A stretch of DNA of 35,361 bases, from positions 1 through 35,361 of the forward strand of contig JAGGUG010000044.1 in the NCBI GenBank assembly GCA_021158625.1, given 5' to 3'. The translations under genes and the position numbers were made by a program. The notes below the pieces were generated by a model, which was not told the origin of the DNA, did not search any database, and saw only the letters and a program-made list of their open reading frames with translations. Of the stretch, positions 18,701 through 28,808 are shown piece by piece. Positions within the stretch are counted from its first letter, which is position 1, and each line of letters opens with the position of its first letter. This DNA comes from Candidatus Omnitrophota bacterium. Lineage in GTDB: Bacteria > Omnitrophota > 4484-213.

Positions 18701-19906
18701 ATGCCACACTTTAATTCTATTCCTGAGATAATTGAAGACCTCAAAAAGGGCAAAATCGTTATCGTTGTTGACGATGAAGCCCGCGAAAATGAGGGCGACC
18801 TCATTACCTCTGCCCAGTATATCAGCAAAGAAAAGATTAATTTTATGGCTAAATATGGCCGAGGATTAATTTGTCTGCCCATCATCGGAGAGCGTCTTGA
18901 TGAATTAAATCTTGGGCCAATGGTTTCTCCCAATACTGAGCATTTAAGAACCGATTTTTCGGTTTCTGTGGATGCCAGGAAGGGAATTACCACCGGAATT
19001 TCTGCTGCTGACCGGGCAAAGACAATAAAAACAATTCTGAATAAGAAGACAAAACCGAAGGATTTGACAAAGCCAGGTCATATCTTCCCTCTGCGGGCAA
19101 AAGCAGGAGGGGTTTTGGTGCGCGCTGGGCACACAGAAGCGGCAGTAGACTTAATGAAATTAGCCCATTTATTTCCAGCGGGTGTGATCTGCGAGATTAT
19201 GAACGAAGACGGAACAATGGCGCGCACACCCGAGCTATTCAAATTTGCCCGGAGGCATAAGCTGAAACTCTGCACTATTGCTCAGCTCATAAAATATAGA
19301 CGTCGCTCAGAGAAATTGATTAAAAGGGTAGTAGAAAGCAACCTTGTTAATGCTTATGGTAAATGGCGGCTTTTCGCCTATGAATCTATTTTAGATAAAG
19401 AGACCCATATTGCTTTGGTTATGGGCAAGTTTAACAAAAAGGAGGAGGTCCTGGTAAGGGTGCATTCGCAGTGTCTGACCGGCGATGTCTTTGGCTCTTT
19501 TCGCTGTGATTGTGGAGAGCAATTACATAAGGCAATGGAAGAGATTGCCAGAGAAAAGCGGGGTGTGGTTCTTTATCTGCAGCAAGAAGGAAGAGGGATT
19601 GGTTTACTGAATAAATTAAAGGCATATGTTTTACAGGATAAAGGCTTGGATACTGTAGAGGCAAATAAAAAATTGGGGTTTAAACCCGATCTGCGGGATT
19701 ATGGCATTGGCGCCCAGATTCTGGCAGATTTAGGATTGAAGAAGATAAAATTATTGACTAATAATCCGCAAAAAGTAATCGGTTTAGCGGGATATGGTTT
19801 AGAGATAAGCAAATGGATTCCTTTAGAAATCAAGCCCCATTTTTTTAATAAGGCTTATCTTAAAACAAAAAAGGAAAAGATGGGGCATAAACTCAGAAGG
19901 GTGTGA
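18701..19906 (+). CDS. ribBA: Bifunctional DHBP synthase / GTP cyclohydrolase II
   Basis: [49 protein letters not shown] and QEGRGIGL motifs. Confidence 0.97.
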   Translation: MPHFNSIPEIIEDLKKGKIVIVVDDEARENEGDLITSAQYISKEKINFMAKYGRGLICLPIIGERLDELNLGPMVSPNTEHLRTDFSVSVDARKGITTGISAADRAKTIKTILNKKTKPKDLTKPGHIFPLRAKAGGVLVRAGHTEAAVDLMKLAHLFPAGVICEIMNEDGTMARTPELFKFARRHKLKLCTIAQLIKYRRRSEKLIKRVVESNLVNAYGKWRLFAYESILDKETHIALVMGKFNKKEEVLVRVHSQCLTGDVFGSFRCDCGEQLHKAMEEIAREKRGVVLYLQQEGRGIGLLNKLKAYVLQDKGLDTVEANKKLGFKPDLRDYGIGAQILADLGLKKIKLLTNNPQKVIGLAGYGLEISKWIPLEIKPHFFNKAYLKTKKEKMGHKLRRV

Positions 19907-19916
19907 CAAAAAATAC

Positions 19917-19944
19917 TTGACAAAAAATGAAAATATGACATAAT
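19917..19944 (+). promoter_or_regulatory. Putative sigma70 promoter of the pilus locus
   Basis: TTGACA (19917-19922), 16-nt spacer, extended -10 TGaCATAAT; the -35 is overlapped by the direct repeat TGACAAAAAAT. Confidence 0.6.
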
Positions 19945-20027
19945 GTATGTATCAATATCTACCATTATATGTAGCACTTGTTATATGTGTTAAGGGTTAA
20001 TCACAAAAAGATTGAAGGAGATTTATA

Positions 20028-20288
20028 ATGGAGTCGGAAGTGAAGAGGTTGATTTCTGCAAGAGAAATTCAGGTTAAATATCATATTTCTCTTTCTAGTG
20101 TAAACTATTACACTAATTTAGGACTCCTGCCTGTTGCGGGTAAGCGAGGGAATAAGCGATTATATGACCCAGACCTCATAAGAAAGAGAATGAAAGAAAT
20201 CCACAGACTTAAGCGCGAAGGTTTTCCTCTTCGGTTGATACAACGCCACTTTCTTTCTTCTTCCGAAGAGATTTTTCCAGTGGGTTGA
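20028..20288 (+). CDS. Small MerR-family HTH protein lacking an effector domain
   Basis: ISAREI...SSVNYYTNLGLLP...GNKRLY...GFPLRLI pattern; AAGGAG RBS. Confidence 0.85.
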   Translation: MESEVKRLISAREIQVKYHISLSSVNYYTNLGLLPVAGKRGNKRLYDPDLIRKRMKEIHRLKREGFPLRLIQRHFLSSSEEIFPVG

Positions 20289-20342
20289 ATTTTAAAGATA
20301 GTTATATAGTTTTGTGCAGTTTAGTAAGATGTGAGGGGAATA

Positions 20343-22040
20343 ATGAGAAAGAAAGGAACCGTTTCCTCGAGAGAACCTCTTCCTGCAGGGATAGATATCG
20401 GCAGTTCTGGCATCAAGTTAGTCCAGTTGGCTCTGAATTCGCAACAAGGATTAGAGATTATCCGGCTTGATCAAGCCCAATACAAAGAGGTAAACCAGGG
20501 GCTTGAGCCGAACGCCAGAAAGATAGAATTGTTGAGGAGGTTGGTGGAGCGGAACAAAATAGGACCGGCGGTGGTAACTTCTCTTTCCATCGATGAACTC
20601 CAGTTCTATAACCTGACTTTACCTTCTATGCCCAGACAGGAACTTTCGGAAGCGGTGCGCTGGAAGATAGAGGAGCTTTTGCCCCCTCATATGCAGATAG
20701 AGCAGGTAGAATTTGATTTTTTTATCCTAAATGAGAAGGAGAGTTTTGAGGTCAAGAGTCAGATAAGTGTACTTGCGGTGGTGGCGGCCAGGGCTGTGGT
20801 CGAAGAGAAGATTAATCTCCTGCAGGAGGTGGGGCTTAAACCTGTGGCGATAGAAGCCGCTCCTTTTGCTCTGGTTGGCTTCAGCCCTAAGATTTCTCGG
20901 GATGACAGGGAAGTAGTGGTGTGGTTAGACCTTGGCGCCGAGCGCACCTCTATGGTTGTTACAAAAGGAAGCAAAATATACTTTTGCCGTAGATTGGCTG
21001 TCAATTCTAACCAGCTCACAAGGGCGATCCTCGAGCATCGTCACTTGGAATGGAACAAGGCAGAAGAACTAAAGATTAAGTGCGGACTTTCTTCAGAGAA
21101 CCTTAGCCAATCTGAAGAAGATAAAACTACATCGCTCTATCTACCTATGGTTTCTACTCTTGAGAACTTGGTAGCTGATATAGAACATTCTTTCAAATAT
21201 TTTTCATATCAAATAACCCAATCTCGAGTGACAAAGTTTGTTCGTGTAGTCCTTAGCGGAGGTGGTGCCAACCTTAAAAATTTACCTCAATTTTTGAGTG
21301 AAAAATTAGAAGCCCCGGTCGAACTTGCCAATCCCTTCAGCGGTCTTAAAATCTCCGAGGAGATTTATAGCCAAAGAGGAGAATTCCTCCAGGCCCCAAG
21401 TGGTTTTGCTCTCGCTTGTGGTTTGGCAGCGAGAGATGTAGATAAAGAGGGTTTCCGTCCGAATCTGGTGCCCAAAAAGGTGGCTAAAGGTTCCAGATTC
21501 TTTTTCTTTGAAAGGGTTTTCCAGAAAACTTTACAGAAGAAGGGGATGCGAATTGGATTATGTATAGCCTGCGCTTTTTTAGTAATTGTGGGATTTCAAT
21601 TAGGTAAAGTAGAACTTTATAAGCGCAGAGTGAATTCAGCCCGAAGGCAAGTTCAGTTAGTCAAGGCCGACTTGCGACGACTCCAATCCCAGCAATTTAA
21701 GCTCGCCGAGAAACAAGCCGAGTTTCAAGATAGGAAATCAAAGTTAGAAGCCCGGCTAAACTTGTTGAAGGTATCCAGACGTCATCCTGAAGAATTCTCC
21801 AGGGTCTTAGCGGAAGTTGCCACCCTTATCCCCGAAGAGATATGGTTGAAGAAATTAATCTACTCTGAGCAAAAGCTTACTATAACTGGCTCTACTTTTG
21901 ATATACAATTGGTAGCGGAATTGATAAAAAAGTTGGAAGCCTCCCCGGATTTCTTTAACCCTGTGTTTAATTATACCCAGAAGGAACCCAAGAAAGAAGG
22001 AACCTATGATTTTGAGATAACCGTGGAGGTAAAACCATAG
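20343..22040 (+). CDS. pilM: Type IV pilus assembly PilM-PilN fusion
   Basis: GIDIGSSGIK, LDLGAERT and LSGGGANLKNL (actin-like PilM), then RPNLVP, a TM segment, a coiled coil and IPEEIWL...ITG (PilN). Confidence 0.85.
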   Translation: MRKKGTVSSREPLPAGIDIGSSGIKLVQLALNSQQGLEIIRLDQAQYKEVNQGLEPNARKIELLRRLVERNKIGPAVVTSLSIDELQFYNLTLPSMPRQELSEAVRWKIEELLPPHMQIEQVEFDFFILNEKESFEVKSQISVLAVVAARAVVEEKINLLQEVGLKPVAIEAAPFALVGFSPKISRDDREVVVWLDLGAERTSMVVTKGSKIYFCRRLAVNSNQLTRAILEHRHLEWNKAEELKIKCGLSSENLSQSEEDKTTSLYLPMVSTLENLVADIEHSFKYFSYQITQSRVTKFVRVVLSGGGANLKNLPQFLSEKLEAPVELANPFSGLKISEEIYSQRGEFLQAPSGFALACGLAARDVDKEGFRPNLVPKKVAKGSRFFFFERVFQKTLQKKGMRIGLCIACAFLVIVGFQLGKVELYKRRVNSARRQVQLVKADLRRLQSQQFKLAEKQAEFQDRKSKLEARLNLLKVSRRHPEEFSRVLAEVATLIPEEIWLKKLIYSEQKLTITGSTFDIQLVAELIKKLEASPDFFNPVFNYTQKEPKKEGTYDFEITVEVKP

Positions 22041-22050
22041 AGAAGAAAAT

Positions 22051-22911
22051 ATGTTCGAGAAGTTAGCAAACTTTAAGAAGTTAACAACGAGAGAGAAGAT
22101 CCTGGTTATAGGCTTGGTCCTGGTTGTGGGGGTTAATTTGTATATTCAGCTCATCCACAAACCCATCTCTAAGAGGCTTAAGAACTATAGATTTCAACTC
22201 TTGAAGACAAAGGGAAAACTTGAAGAGCTTGAGTCCAAACTCCCCGATTTAAGAAAACAGAAGGACGATATCAATTCTATGAAGGTTGAATTCAAGAAGA
22301 TGGAAGAACATATCAAAGAAATGGAGAGAACCCTTCCTGGCCGGGGGCAGACTACTCAGTTCTTAAAGGAGCTAACTCGTGAGGCCAGCGGTCTGAATAT
22401 TGAGCTAACTTCCATCAGGCAGAAGGTCGAGCGGTACGGAGATTATTCTCGACTCTTCGTGGAACTCAAATTCAATGCCTCTTATGGAGATATAGTAAAC
22501 TACATTCGGAACTTGGAGAGCATTTCGCCTTATTTGGCTGTGGAGAAGATGGAGGTCTCGGAACCTAAAAAGATGGAAGAGAAAAGCACAGTGCAACTTG
22601 CGCTCTCGGTATTGTTGGGCGAGGCTTATCTTCCCGAGTCCTTCAAAGCGCCTCCTGAGGGTCCACCCGTCAAGGTAAGTAGAGATATATTTATCTCCTC
22701 AAGAGGTCCTGTTTCGAGTGCAAAAATTCAAGTCAGCGAGCTTAAATTGATGGGTGTGACCTGGCGAGGAGAAAGATCCACCGCAATAATAAATAATGAG
22801 GTAGTCAGGGTAGGCGATAAGGTAGGTAATCTAAGAGTCAAGCAGATACTATTAGAATCAGTTACCCTGACAGATGGGCGAGAGGATTTTGTCTTATCAA
22901 TTGAAAGATAA
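22051..22911 (+). CDS. pilO: PilO/GspM-like protein with a C-terminal PilP/GspC-like beta domain
   Basis: REK-TM-coiled coil-LP...ASYGDIVNYIRNLE pattern; C-terminal LKLMGVTW...AIINNEVVRVGD. Confidence 0.75.
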   Translation: MFEKLANFKKLTTREKILVIGLVLVVGVNLYIQLIHKPISKRLKNYRFQLLKTKGKLEELESKLPDLRKQKDDINSMKVEFKKMEEHIKEMERTLPGRGQTTQFLKELTREASGLNIELTSIRQKVERYGDYSRLFVELKFNASYGDIVNYIRNLESISPYLAVEKMEVSEPKKMEEKSTVQLALSVLLGEAYLPESFKAPPEGPPVKVSRDIFISSRGPVSSAKIQVSELKLMGVTWRGERSTAIINNEVVRVGDKVGNLRVKQILLESVTLTDGREDFVLSIER

Positions 22912-22912
22912 A

Positions 22913-22991
22913 AAATAGAAGCGGAACAACACTAATCTAAAGGCGAATCAACGCTGAGGGCCTAAATCAGCGTTGAGAGGCACTTCTATTT
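22913..22991. repeat. Nested inverted repeat resembling the flanks of the GxxExxY gene, but empty
   Basis: aaatagaag/cttctattt outer IR and tcaacgctga/tcagcgttga inner IR; TAGAAGCGGA is identical to 33341-33350. Confidence 0.7.
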
Positions 22992-23008
22992 AAAAAGGAG
23001 ATAGTGCT

Positions 23009-24844
23009 ATGAAATCAAAAATTATTAGTAAAAACAGGGCGAGGGTTGTGATTATCTTATTTATTGTTGCTCTCTTTCTAACAACCCCACTTGAGAATAT
23101 CAAGTATGCTTACGGAGATGAGAAGGTTTCTACCGGTGGAGAAAGTTCTTCTTTAGCAGGAGAGAAGTCTGCCACCGTGAGTGGCGTTGCTCTCCCAGGC
23201 GTGGCTCACGCCACGCGTGTTGAGTCTTTGGAAGAACGCTTGAAGAAGAAAATTTCTCTTGATTATAAGGATGCTGATCTCCACAGCGTGCTGCGCTCCA
23301 TAGCCTGGACATATGGGCTCAATTTGGTTACCTCTCCTGATATCAAGGGCAAGGTGACCATAAGTTTACAGGATGTGACCATAGAGGAAGCGCTGGATGC
23401 AATTCTCGCTATAAATGGGCTCACTTACACAAGGCGTAAAGACATCATCTTTATAGCCCCGGGCGACTCCGAGATGGTAGAGATAAAAAACGAAGTTGTC
23501 TTTCTTAAATATATCGCTGCCGGGGAAGCGCAGAATCTTTTAAGAAGAGCTCTTTCACCCAAGGGGGATATAAAAATAGATGAGTTGTCAAATAGCCTGA
23601 TAGTAAGCGATTTCTCTAGCAATATAGCGAAGTTAAAAGAGCTCTTGGGAAAGATAGATGTAGCTCCCACCCAGGTTTTGATTGAAGCAAAGATAGTAGA
23701 TATGACCTCAACCGATTTAAGAGCGTTGGGTGTTAAATGGGATGCGGACTATTCCCCGGGACATGGTATCTTTGACAGGTCTACCAAATACCCTGAACGG
23801 CTGAAAGGCACGATAGATATGACTGAGGAGTCTGCCGGCCTGAGCGGAGGGCAGCTGACCATAGATACCTTTACCCTGAAACATCTTACGGTCACCGCTA
23901 CAATAGATGCCCTGGTGAAGAATGGAAAAGCCAATCTTCTGGCAAGTCCCTCCATTGCTGTCTTGAATGGTCAGGAGGCCCGAATCATAATCGGCGAAAG
24001 ATATCCCTATAAGGAGCGTACCCAGACCGCCACGGGCACCACCGAGACAACAAAGTTTGTGGATATTGGAACCACTCTCAGGGTGACCCCTCAGGTCAAC
24101 GAGGATGGTTACATCACTATGAGAGTCCATCCCGAGGTATCTTCATTATACGCTTCTCTCGATGCAGGACCAAGGATCACCACCCGCGAAGCCGATACCA
24201 CCGTGAGAGTGAAGGAAGGAGAAACTCTGGTTATAGGAGGGCTGATTAAACAGAAGGACAACCGCTCCCGCGGAAAAATCCCCATCTTTGGTGATATTCC
24301 CCTAATCGGATTTCTATTCTCCCGAAGCGAAAGGGATATGGAACAGAAGGAATTGGCGGTATTTATAACCCCCCGGATATTAAGGTCCAGAAAGGAGATG
24401 GAACTCCTTAGCAAGGAGAAGGTCGCCAGGGAAGAGGTATATGTGACCTTGGAGAAAACTGCGCAGCTTTCAATTGTATCCAGGTTATTTAAAAAGGCGA
24501 ATAACCTGGATAAGGGTTACGGACTGGCGAGCCGCAGAAAGAGTGAGCAATTCAGAAAGGCTCAGGCTTTGAGTTTGTTTGAGCACATCTTTACTGAATT
24601 CCCCGACAGTGAGAAGGCTCCGGAGGCGAAGTTTCGGGCAGGAATGATATATTACAGAGACCTGAAGGATTATAAGAAGGCAAAAGATATTTTCTCCCGG
24701 GTAATCTCTGATTATCCAGAAAGCCCCTTCGCAACAAAGGCTAAGTATTATCTTCGCAAAATGGAACCCAAGAAACCTGAGAAAAGAAAAAAGATAAAAC
24801 GGAGACTAAAACCTGACTTAGAGCCCACCTGGAAAATAAAGTAG
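23009..24844 (+). CDS. pilQ: Secretin (PilQ/GspD family) with a C-terminal TPR extension
   Basis: STN/N domains, QVLIEAKIV, LASPSI..LNGQEA.I.IG, LRVTPQV, GETLVIGGLI, IPIFGDIPLIGFLF and ELAVFITPRI motifs. Confidence 0.9.
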   Translation: MKSKIISKNRARVVIILFIVALFLTTPLENIKYAYGDEKVSTGGESSSLAGEKSATVSGVALPGVAHATRVESLEERLKKKISLDYKDADLHSVLRSIAWTYGLNLVTSPDIKGKVTISLQDVTIEEALDAILAINGLTYTRRKDIIFIAPGDSEMVEIKNEVVFLKYIAAGEAQNLLRRALSPKGDIKIDELSNSLIVSDFSSNIAKLKELLGKIDVAPTQVLIEAKIVDMTSTDLRALGVKWDADYSPGHGIFDRSTKYPERLKGTIDMTEESAGLSGGQLTIDTFTLKHLTVTATIDALVKNGKANLLASPSIAVLNGQEARIIIGERYPYKERTQTATGTTETTKFVDIGTTLRVTPQVNEDGYITMRVHPEVSSLYASLDAGPRITTREADTTVRVKEGETLVIGGLIKQKDNRSRGKIPIFGDIPLIGFLFSRSERDMEQKELAVFITPRILRSRKEMELLSKEKVAREEVYVTLEKTAQLSIVSRLFKKANNLDKGYGLASRRKSEQFRKAQALSLFEHIFTEFPDSEKAPEAKFRAGMIYYRDLKDYKKAKDIFSRVISDYPESPFATKAKYYLRKMEPKKPEKRKKIKRRLKPDLEPTWKIK

Positions 24845-24925
24845 AGGGATGCTTAGGGAGGCTCTTATGTTTCCTTATAGTCCCTATGAATGCCATAACG
24901 AGAGTGACCCGCGAGGAGTAAGAAA

Positions 24926-27157
24926 ATGAAAAAGAACAAAATAATATATTTATTCTTTCTCGGTCTACTAATTTCTCTTTTAGGAGATTTAAGGTCAGTC
25001 TACGCGCTGGATGAGCAACCTACTCGCCTCGCTGAGTCGGCGCTTGTCTCGGGGCGCTCGCCTCTCGGCGAAGCCGAGGAAAATCAGGGGAAGCGGGTTA
25101 AACAATCCACAAGCGTAAGTGAGGCAATGGCGCATTACAATTTGGCTAAGAAGTATTTTTTATCCGGAGAGTATACAAAAGCCCGCCAGGAATTTGGCTT
25201 AGCCGCCCAATTAGATCAGAGTAAACGCAAGTCCGTTTATCGCCTTTCCCGGATGTATCTAAAGAAAATTGAGGAATTAGAAAAGAAGAGGAAACAGACA
25301 GAGGCGAGAAAGAGATGGGAAAAGATGAGGGCGGAGAAGTTAAGAAAGCAAGCCGAACTCAAAGCCAGGCGCGAAGCAGAAAGGAAAGCCAGACAGGAAG
25401 CCGCGCAGAGGGCTAAGGAAGCCACACAAAAGAGAAGAGCTGAAGTTAGAGCCAGGAAGGAAGAGCTCAAGAACTACTATACCAAAGGCAAAATCCATTA
25501 TCACAAAGGACAATATCAAGAGGCGATTGAGGAATTTAAGAAAGTTTTAAGTTTAGACCCAGAACATAAGGCAGGGAGATATATTGAGCTTTCCTTGAAG
25601 GCGATTGAAAAAAGAAAGCAGAGAAAACTTTTAGCTCAGAAGAAGGCAGAGCAACAAGCCAAGAGACAAGAGGAAGTGAGACCTCCCTCTCAAGAGCGGG
25701 AGGTTAAACCGGGCGAGAAAGAAAGTCTGAAGGAAGAAATAGAGCGACTTAAGCGTCAGATTGAAGAAGAAAATACTCGACTTAGGCTCGAGATAGAGAA
25801 ATTGAGAGAATCCCAGGAAAAGGCAAAGGAAAGGGAGTTGAGGCCAAAGGTTGAGGGGATGTTAGCGAAAAAGGAGGCCTTGGCTCTGGAAGAAGCAAAA
25901 TTAAAGGCATTCGTTGCGGGTCTTCAGAAGCTTGAAGCCAGACAGAGGAGACTTAAGCGGGAGGCCGAAGTTAGGATGAGTTTTAACAAAAAGGAGAGAC
26001 TCAAAGCAAGGGAAAGAAGAATAAGAGAAGAAGAGGCTAAGCTTAAGCTCAAACTCAAGGAAGAAAAGAACGCTCTCAGAGCCCGGCTTGAAGATGAATC
26101 AAAAAGAAAATTGAACTCTCTCCTTGAGGAAAAAGAAATTTTTTTCATTAATCAACTTGAAGAATACAAGCGAATACTCCAGGAGAAAGAAATTCCCTCT
26201 GTGGTTCAATTAAAAGAGAAAAAAAAGAAGATTTGTGCCCAATTGGCAAGTCTCCAGGAAGAGAAAAAGAGGCTTGAAGAGCTAAAACGCTCAAGGGCTG
26301 AACTAAGGAAAAAATTAGAAAGGAAATTCCAGCGACAGATTAAAGAGAAACTCACTCCCGGGCCCTCACTTCGGGTTGAAGTTAAAGAGGAGGATGAAGA
26401 ACTCAAAGCCAATTTGACAGCTGTTAATGAGAAGATAAAAAGGGTAGAGAAGATAAAGAAAGAGATAGAAGAGGAGTTACTGAATGAGGAGAAGAAACAG
26501 CAGAAGCAGAAGGAAAAGGCTCTGAAGGAAGAGAAAGCGCGAATTAAGCGAGAGTTTGAAAGGCAAAAGACTCGATTGGCTCTTGAGTTCCAAAAGGAGT
26601 TAAAGGCAAATTTTCAGACCCGGCTTAAGGCTCTGGAAGCAGACCGTAGGACCAAAATTGAGTCAATCTTAAAAGAGGAAGAAAAAAAAGAGAAGTTGGC
26701 TTCTGAATCAGAAAAGAAGTTACTTCAGGCGATTCTCAGAAAGTTAGGAGAGGTTAAACAACAAAGAGTTCAGGCCCAGGATAGACTTAAGGTCATTGAA
26801 ACTCTACGAAGAGAGCTTGAGGCACAGAGGAAAGCCGAACTCAAAGCCAGGCGCGAAGCAGAAAGGAAAGCCAGACAGGAAGCCGCGCAGAGGGCTAAGG
26901 AAGTAGAAGCCCCACCCATAGAACCCCCGGCCGGGGAATACTTAATAAGCGAGGGCGATACATTAGAGATCTTTGTTTACCTTCCTGACCTTCCAGAAGA
27001 AGTCAGCGTCAACTTGGATGGCGAGATTTCCTATCCTCTAATTGGCACGCTCCAGGCGAAAGGAAAAACCATAGACCAATTAAAGGAAGAAATCAGTGAG
27101 AGATTATCTCAATTTATAAATAATCCCTATGTCTCATTAACGATAAAAGGAAAATAG
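24926..27157 (+). CDS. Exported TPR, long coiled-coil and C-terminal Poly_export (Wza-like) domain protein
   Basis: Signal-like N-terminus; two TPR-like units; ~450 aa of E/K/R-rich helix; YLISEGDTLEIFV...V.LDGEISYPLIGTLQAKGKTIDQL...NPYV. Confidence 0.75.
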   Translation: MKKNKIIYLFFLGLLISLLGDLRSVYALDEQPTRLAESALVSGRSPLGEAEENQGKRVKQSTSVSEAMAHYNLAKKYFLSGEYTKARQEFGLAAQLDQSKRKSVYRLSRMYLKKIEELEKKRKQTEARKRWEKMRAEKLRKQAELKARREAERKARQEAAQRAKEATQKRRAEVRARKEELKNYYTKGKIHYHKGQYQEAIEEFKKVLSLDPEHKAGRYIELSLKAIEKRKQRKLLAQKKAEQQAKRQEEVRPPSQEREVKPGEKESLKEEIERLKRQIEEENTRLRLEIEKLRESQEKAKERELRPKVEGMLAKKEALALEEAKLKAFVAGLQKLEARQRRLKREAEVRMSFNKKERLKARERRIREEEAKLKLKLKEEKNALRARLEDESKRKLNSLLEEKEIFFINQLEEYKRILQEKEIPSVVQLKEKKKKICAQLASLQEEKKRLEELKRSRAELRKKLERKFQRQIKEKLTPGPSLRVEVKEEDEELKANLTAVNEKIKRVEKIKKEIEEELLNEEKKQQKQKEKALKEEKARIKREFERQKTRLALEFQKELKANFQTRLKALEADRRTKIESILKEEEKKEKLASESEKKLLQAILRKLGEVKQQRVQAQDRLKVIETLRRELEAQRKAELKARREAERKARQEAAQRAKEVEAPPIEPPAGEYLISEGDTLEIFVYLPDLPEEVSVNLDGEISYPLIGTLQAKGKTIDQLKEEISERLSQFINNPYVSLTIKGK
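25350..26903 (+). repeat. Exact 72-nt direct repeat (25350-25421 and 26832-26903)
   Basis: Both copies encode AELKARREAERKARQEAAQRAKE with identical DNA, 1482 nt apart. Confidence 0.92.
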
Positions 27158-27210
27158 CGTTATAGCGTAATAAAGTTATAGATTTCAACTCAATAACCCA
27201 ATAACAAAGA

Positions 27211-27262
27211 AAGACCCTTATTTACCCTTATATTCCCTTATTCACCCTTATTTAGCCTTATT
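27211..27262. repeat. CCCTTAT array with a 10-nt period
   Basis: aagaccctta tttaccctta tattccctta ttcaccctta tttagcctta, followed by antisense ataagggg. Confidence 0.9.
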
Positions 27263-27303
27263 AAAATAAGGGGAGACAATAACCCAATAACACAATAACG
27301 AGT

Positions 27304-28521
27304 ATGCCTACTTTCACTTACAAAGCCCGAGATAGCTTTGGTGAACTTATCAGTGGGGCTATAGAAGGTGACAATAAGAAAGCCGTAGCCAAGAGCCTTA
27401 ACAGATTGGGTTATAGTGTTATCCAGATAAGCTTGCAAAAATCACTCCAACCAATCCTCACAGATTTTATCAAGGGTTTTCGTCCCATAAGTAAACAAGA
27501 AATAACCGTCTTTACCAGACAATTGGCTACCCTTAGTCGTTCGGGGATGGCTATATCCCCGGCTCTTTCCATAGCGTGTGAGCAGACCACCAATCCTAAA
27601 TTTCGCCTTATCTTAGGGGATGTGGTTAATCATGTCCAGGGGGGTATGAGCCTCTCAGAAGCCCTCTCAAAATATCCTGAGGTTTTCTCGGATCTGTTTG
27701 TAAATATGGTCAAAGTGGGGGAGACAGGTGGGATTTTAGATAAGGTCCTGGATAGACTGGTTACCTTAAGCACTCAGGAACTCGAAAGGAACACGCGCAT
27801 AAGATCAGCATTAATCTATCCTATAGTTCTGGTAGCTGTTGCCTTCTTGGTAGTAAATTTTCTTCTAATAGGAGTTCTTCCGAAGTTTGTTGCTGTATTT
27901 AGGGCATCTCAGGCGAGATTACCGCTGCCCACCCAGCTTATTCTGAGTTTTAGTTGGATTTTGAGGCATCTGTGGTTACCTCTATTGATTGGTGTGGGGT
28001 GCCTCGCAGTTTGGTTTAAGAGGTACATAAAACAACCTGCAGGAAGATACAGGTTTGATTCGAAGGTTTTAAAACTACCCCTGTTTGGTAAACTTTATAC
28101 TAAAATAATGATATCCCGTTTTACAGGTGTCCTCTCAGCGCTCATCGCCTCAGGAGTTCCCCTGCTTCAAGCCCTGGGCGTTGTGGAGAAGACCATTACC
28201 AATATGGTCATCCGCCGCATAGTTCAGAATATACGCACCTCCATCACTGAAGGACAATCTCTGGCCGGAGCATTTAAGACCAGTGGTTTCTTCCCGCCTA
28301 TGGTTGTCCAGATGATATCGGTAGGAGAAAAGACGGGCAAGCTCGATGAAATGCTTCGGGATATTTCTTCTTTTTATGACCCGGAGATAGAATACACGAT
28401 TAGAAATCTAACTACCCTCTTAGAACCATTTATGTTGTTAGCAATGGGGGCTATGGTTGCCTTCATCGCTTTGTCGGTGTTATTACCGATATTCAACTTG
28501 ATTAAAGTGTTCCGGGGATGA
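27304..28521 (+). CDS. pilC: Type IV pilus / T2SS platform protein PilC/GspF
   Basis: MPTFTYKARD, FTRQLATL, GETGGILD, ALIYP and VGEKTGKLDEML...LLEP motifs. Confidence 0.95.
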   Translation: MPTFTYKARDSFGELISGAIEGDNKKAVAKSLNRLGYSVIQISLQKSLQPILTDFIKGFRPISKQEITVFTRQLATLSRSGMAISPALSIACEQTTNPKFRLILGDVVNHVQGGMSLSEALSKYPEVFSDLFVNMVKVGETGGILDKVLDRLVTLSTQELERNTRIRSALIYPIVLVAVAFLVVNFLLIGVLPKFVAVFRASQARLPLPTQLILSFSWILRHLWLPLLIGVGCLAVWFKRYIKQPAGRYRFDSKVLKLPLFGKLYTKIMISRFTGVLSALIASGVPLLQALGVVEKTITNMVIRRIVQNIRTSITEGQSLAGAFKTSGFFPPMVVQMISVGEKTGKLDEMLRDISSFYDPEIEYTIRNLTTLLEPFMLLAMGAMVAFIALSVLLPIFNLIKVFRG

Positions 28522-28525
28522 GTAT

Positions 28526-28801
28526 AACCCTTATTTTCCGGGGATGAGTATGACCCCTATTTACCCTTATAGTCCCTTATTCTTTATTGAGGAAAACCCT
28601 TATTTAATAGAAGTCCCTTATTAAGAGAAAACCCTTATTTACCCTTATTTAATAAGAATCCCTTATTAAGAGAAAACCCTTATTTACCCTTATAGTCCCT
28701 TATTGAGGGAAGACCCTTATTTACCCTTATTTAATAGAAGTCCCTTAATTCGTCCTTATTGAAAATGAAAGAAAGACTTTATTCGCCCTTATTCACCCTT
28801 A
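28526..28801. repeat. CCCTTATT array
   Basis: About 20 imperfect units with mixed 10-nt and 15-17-nt spacing. Confidence 0.95.
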
Positions 28802-28808
28802 CGCCACT

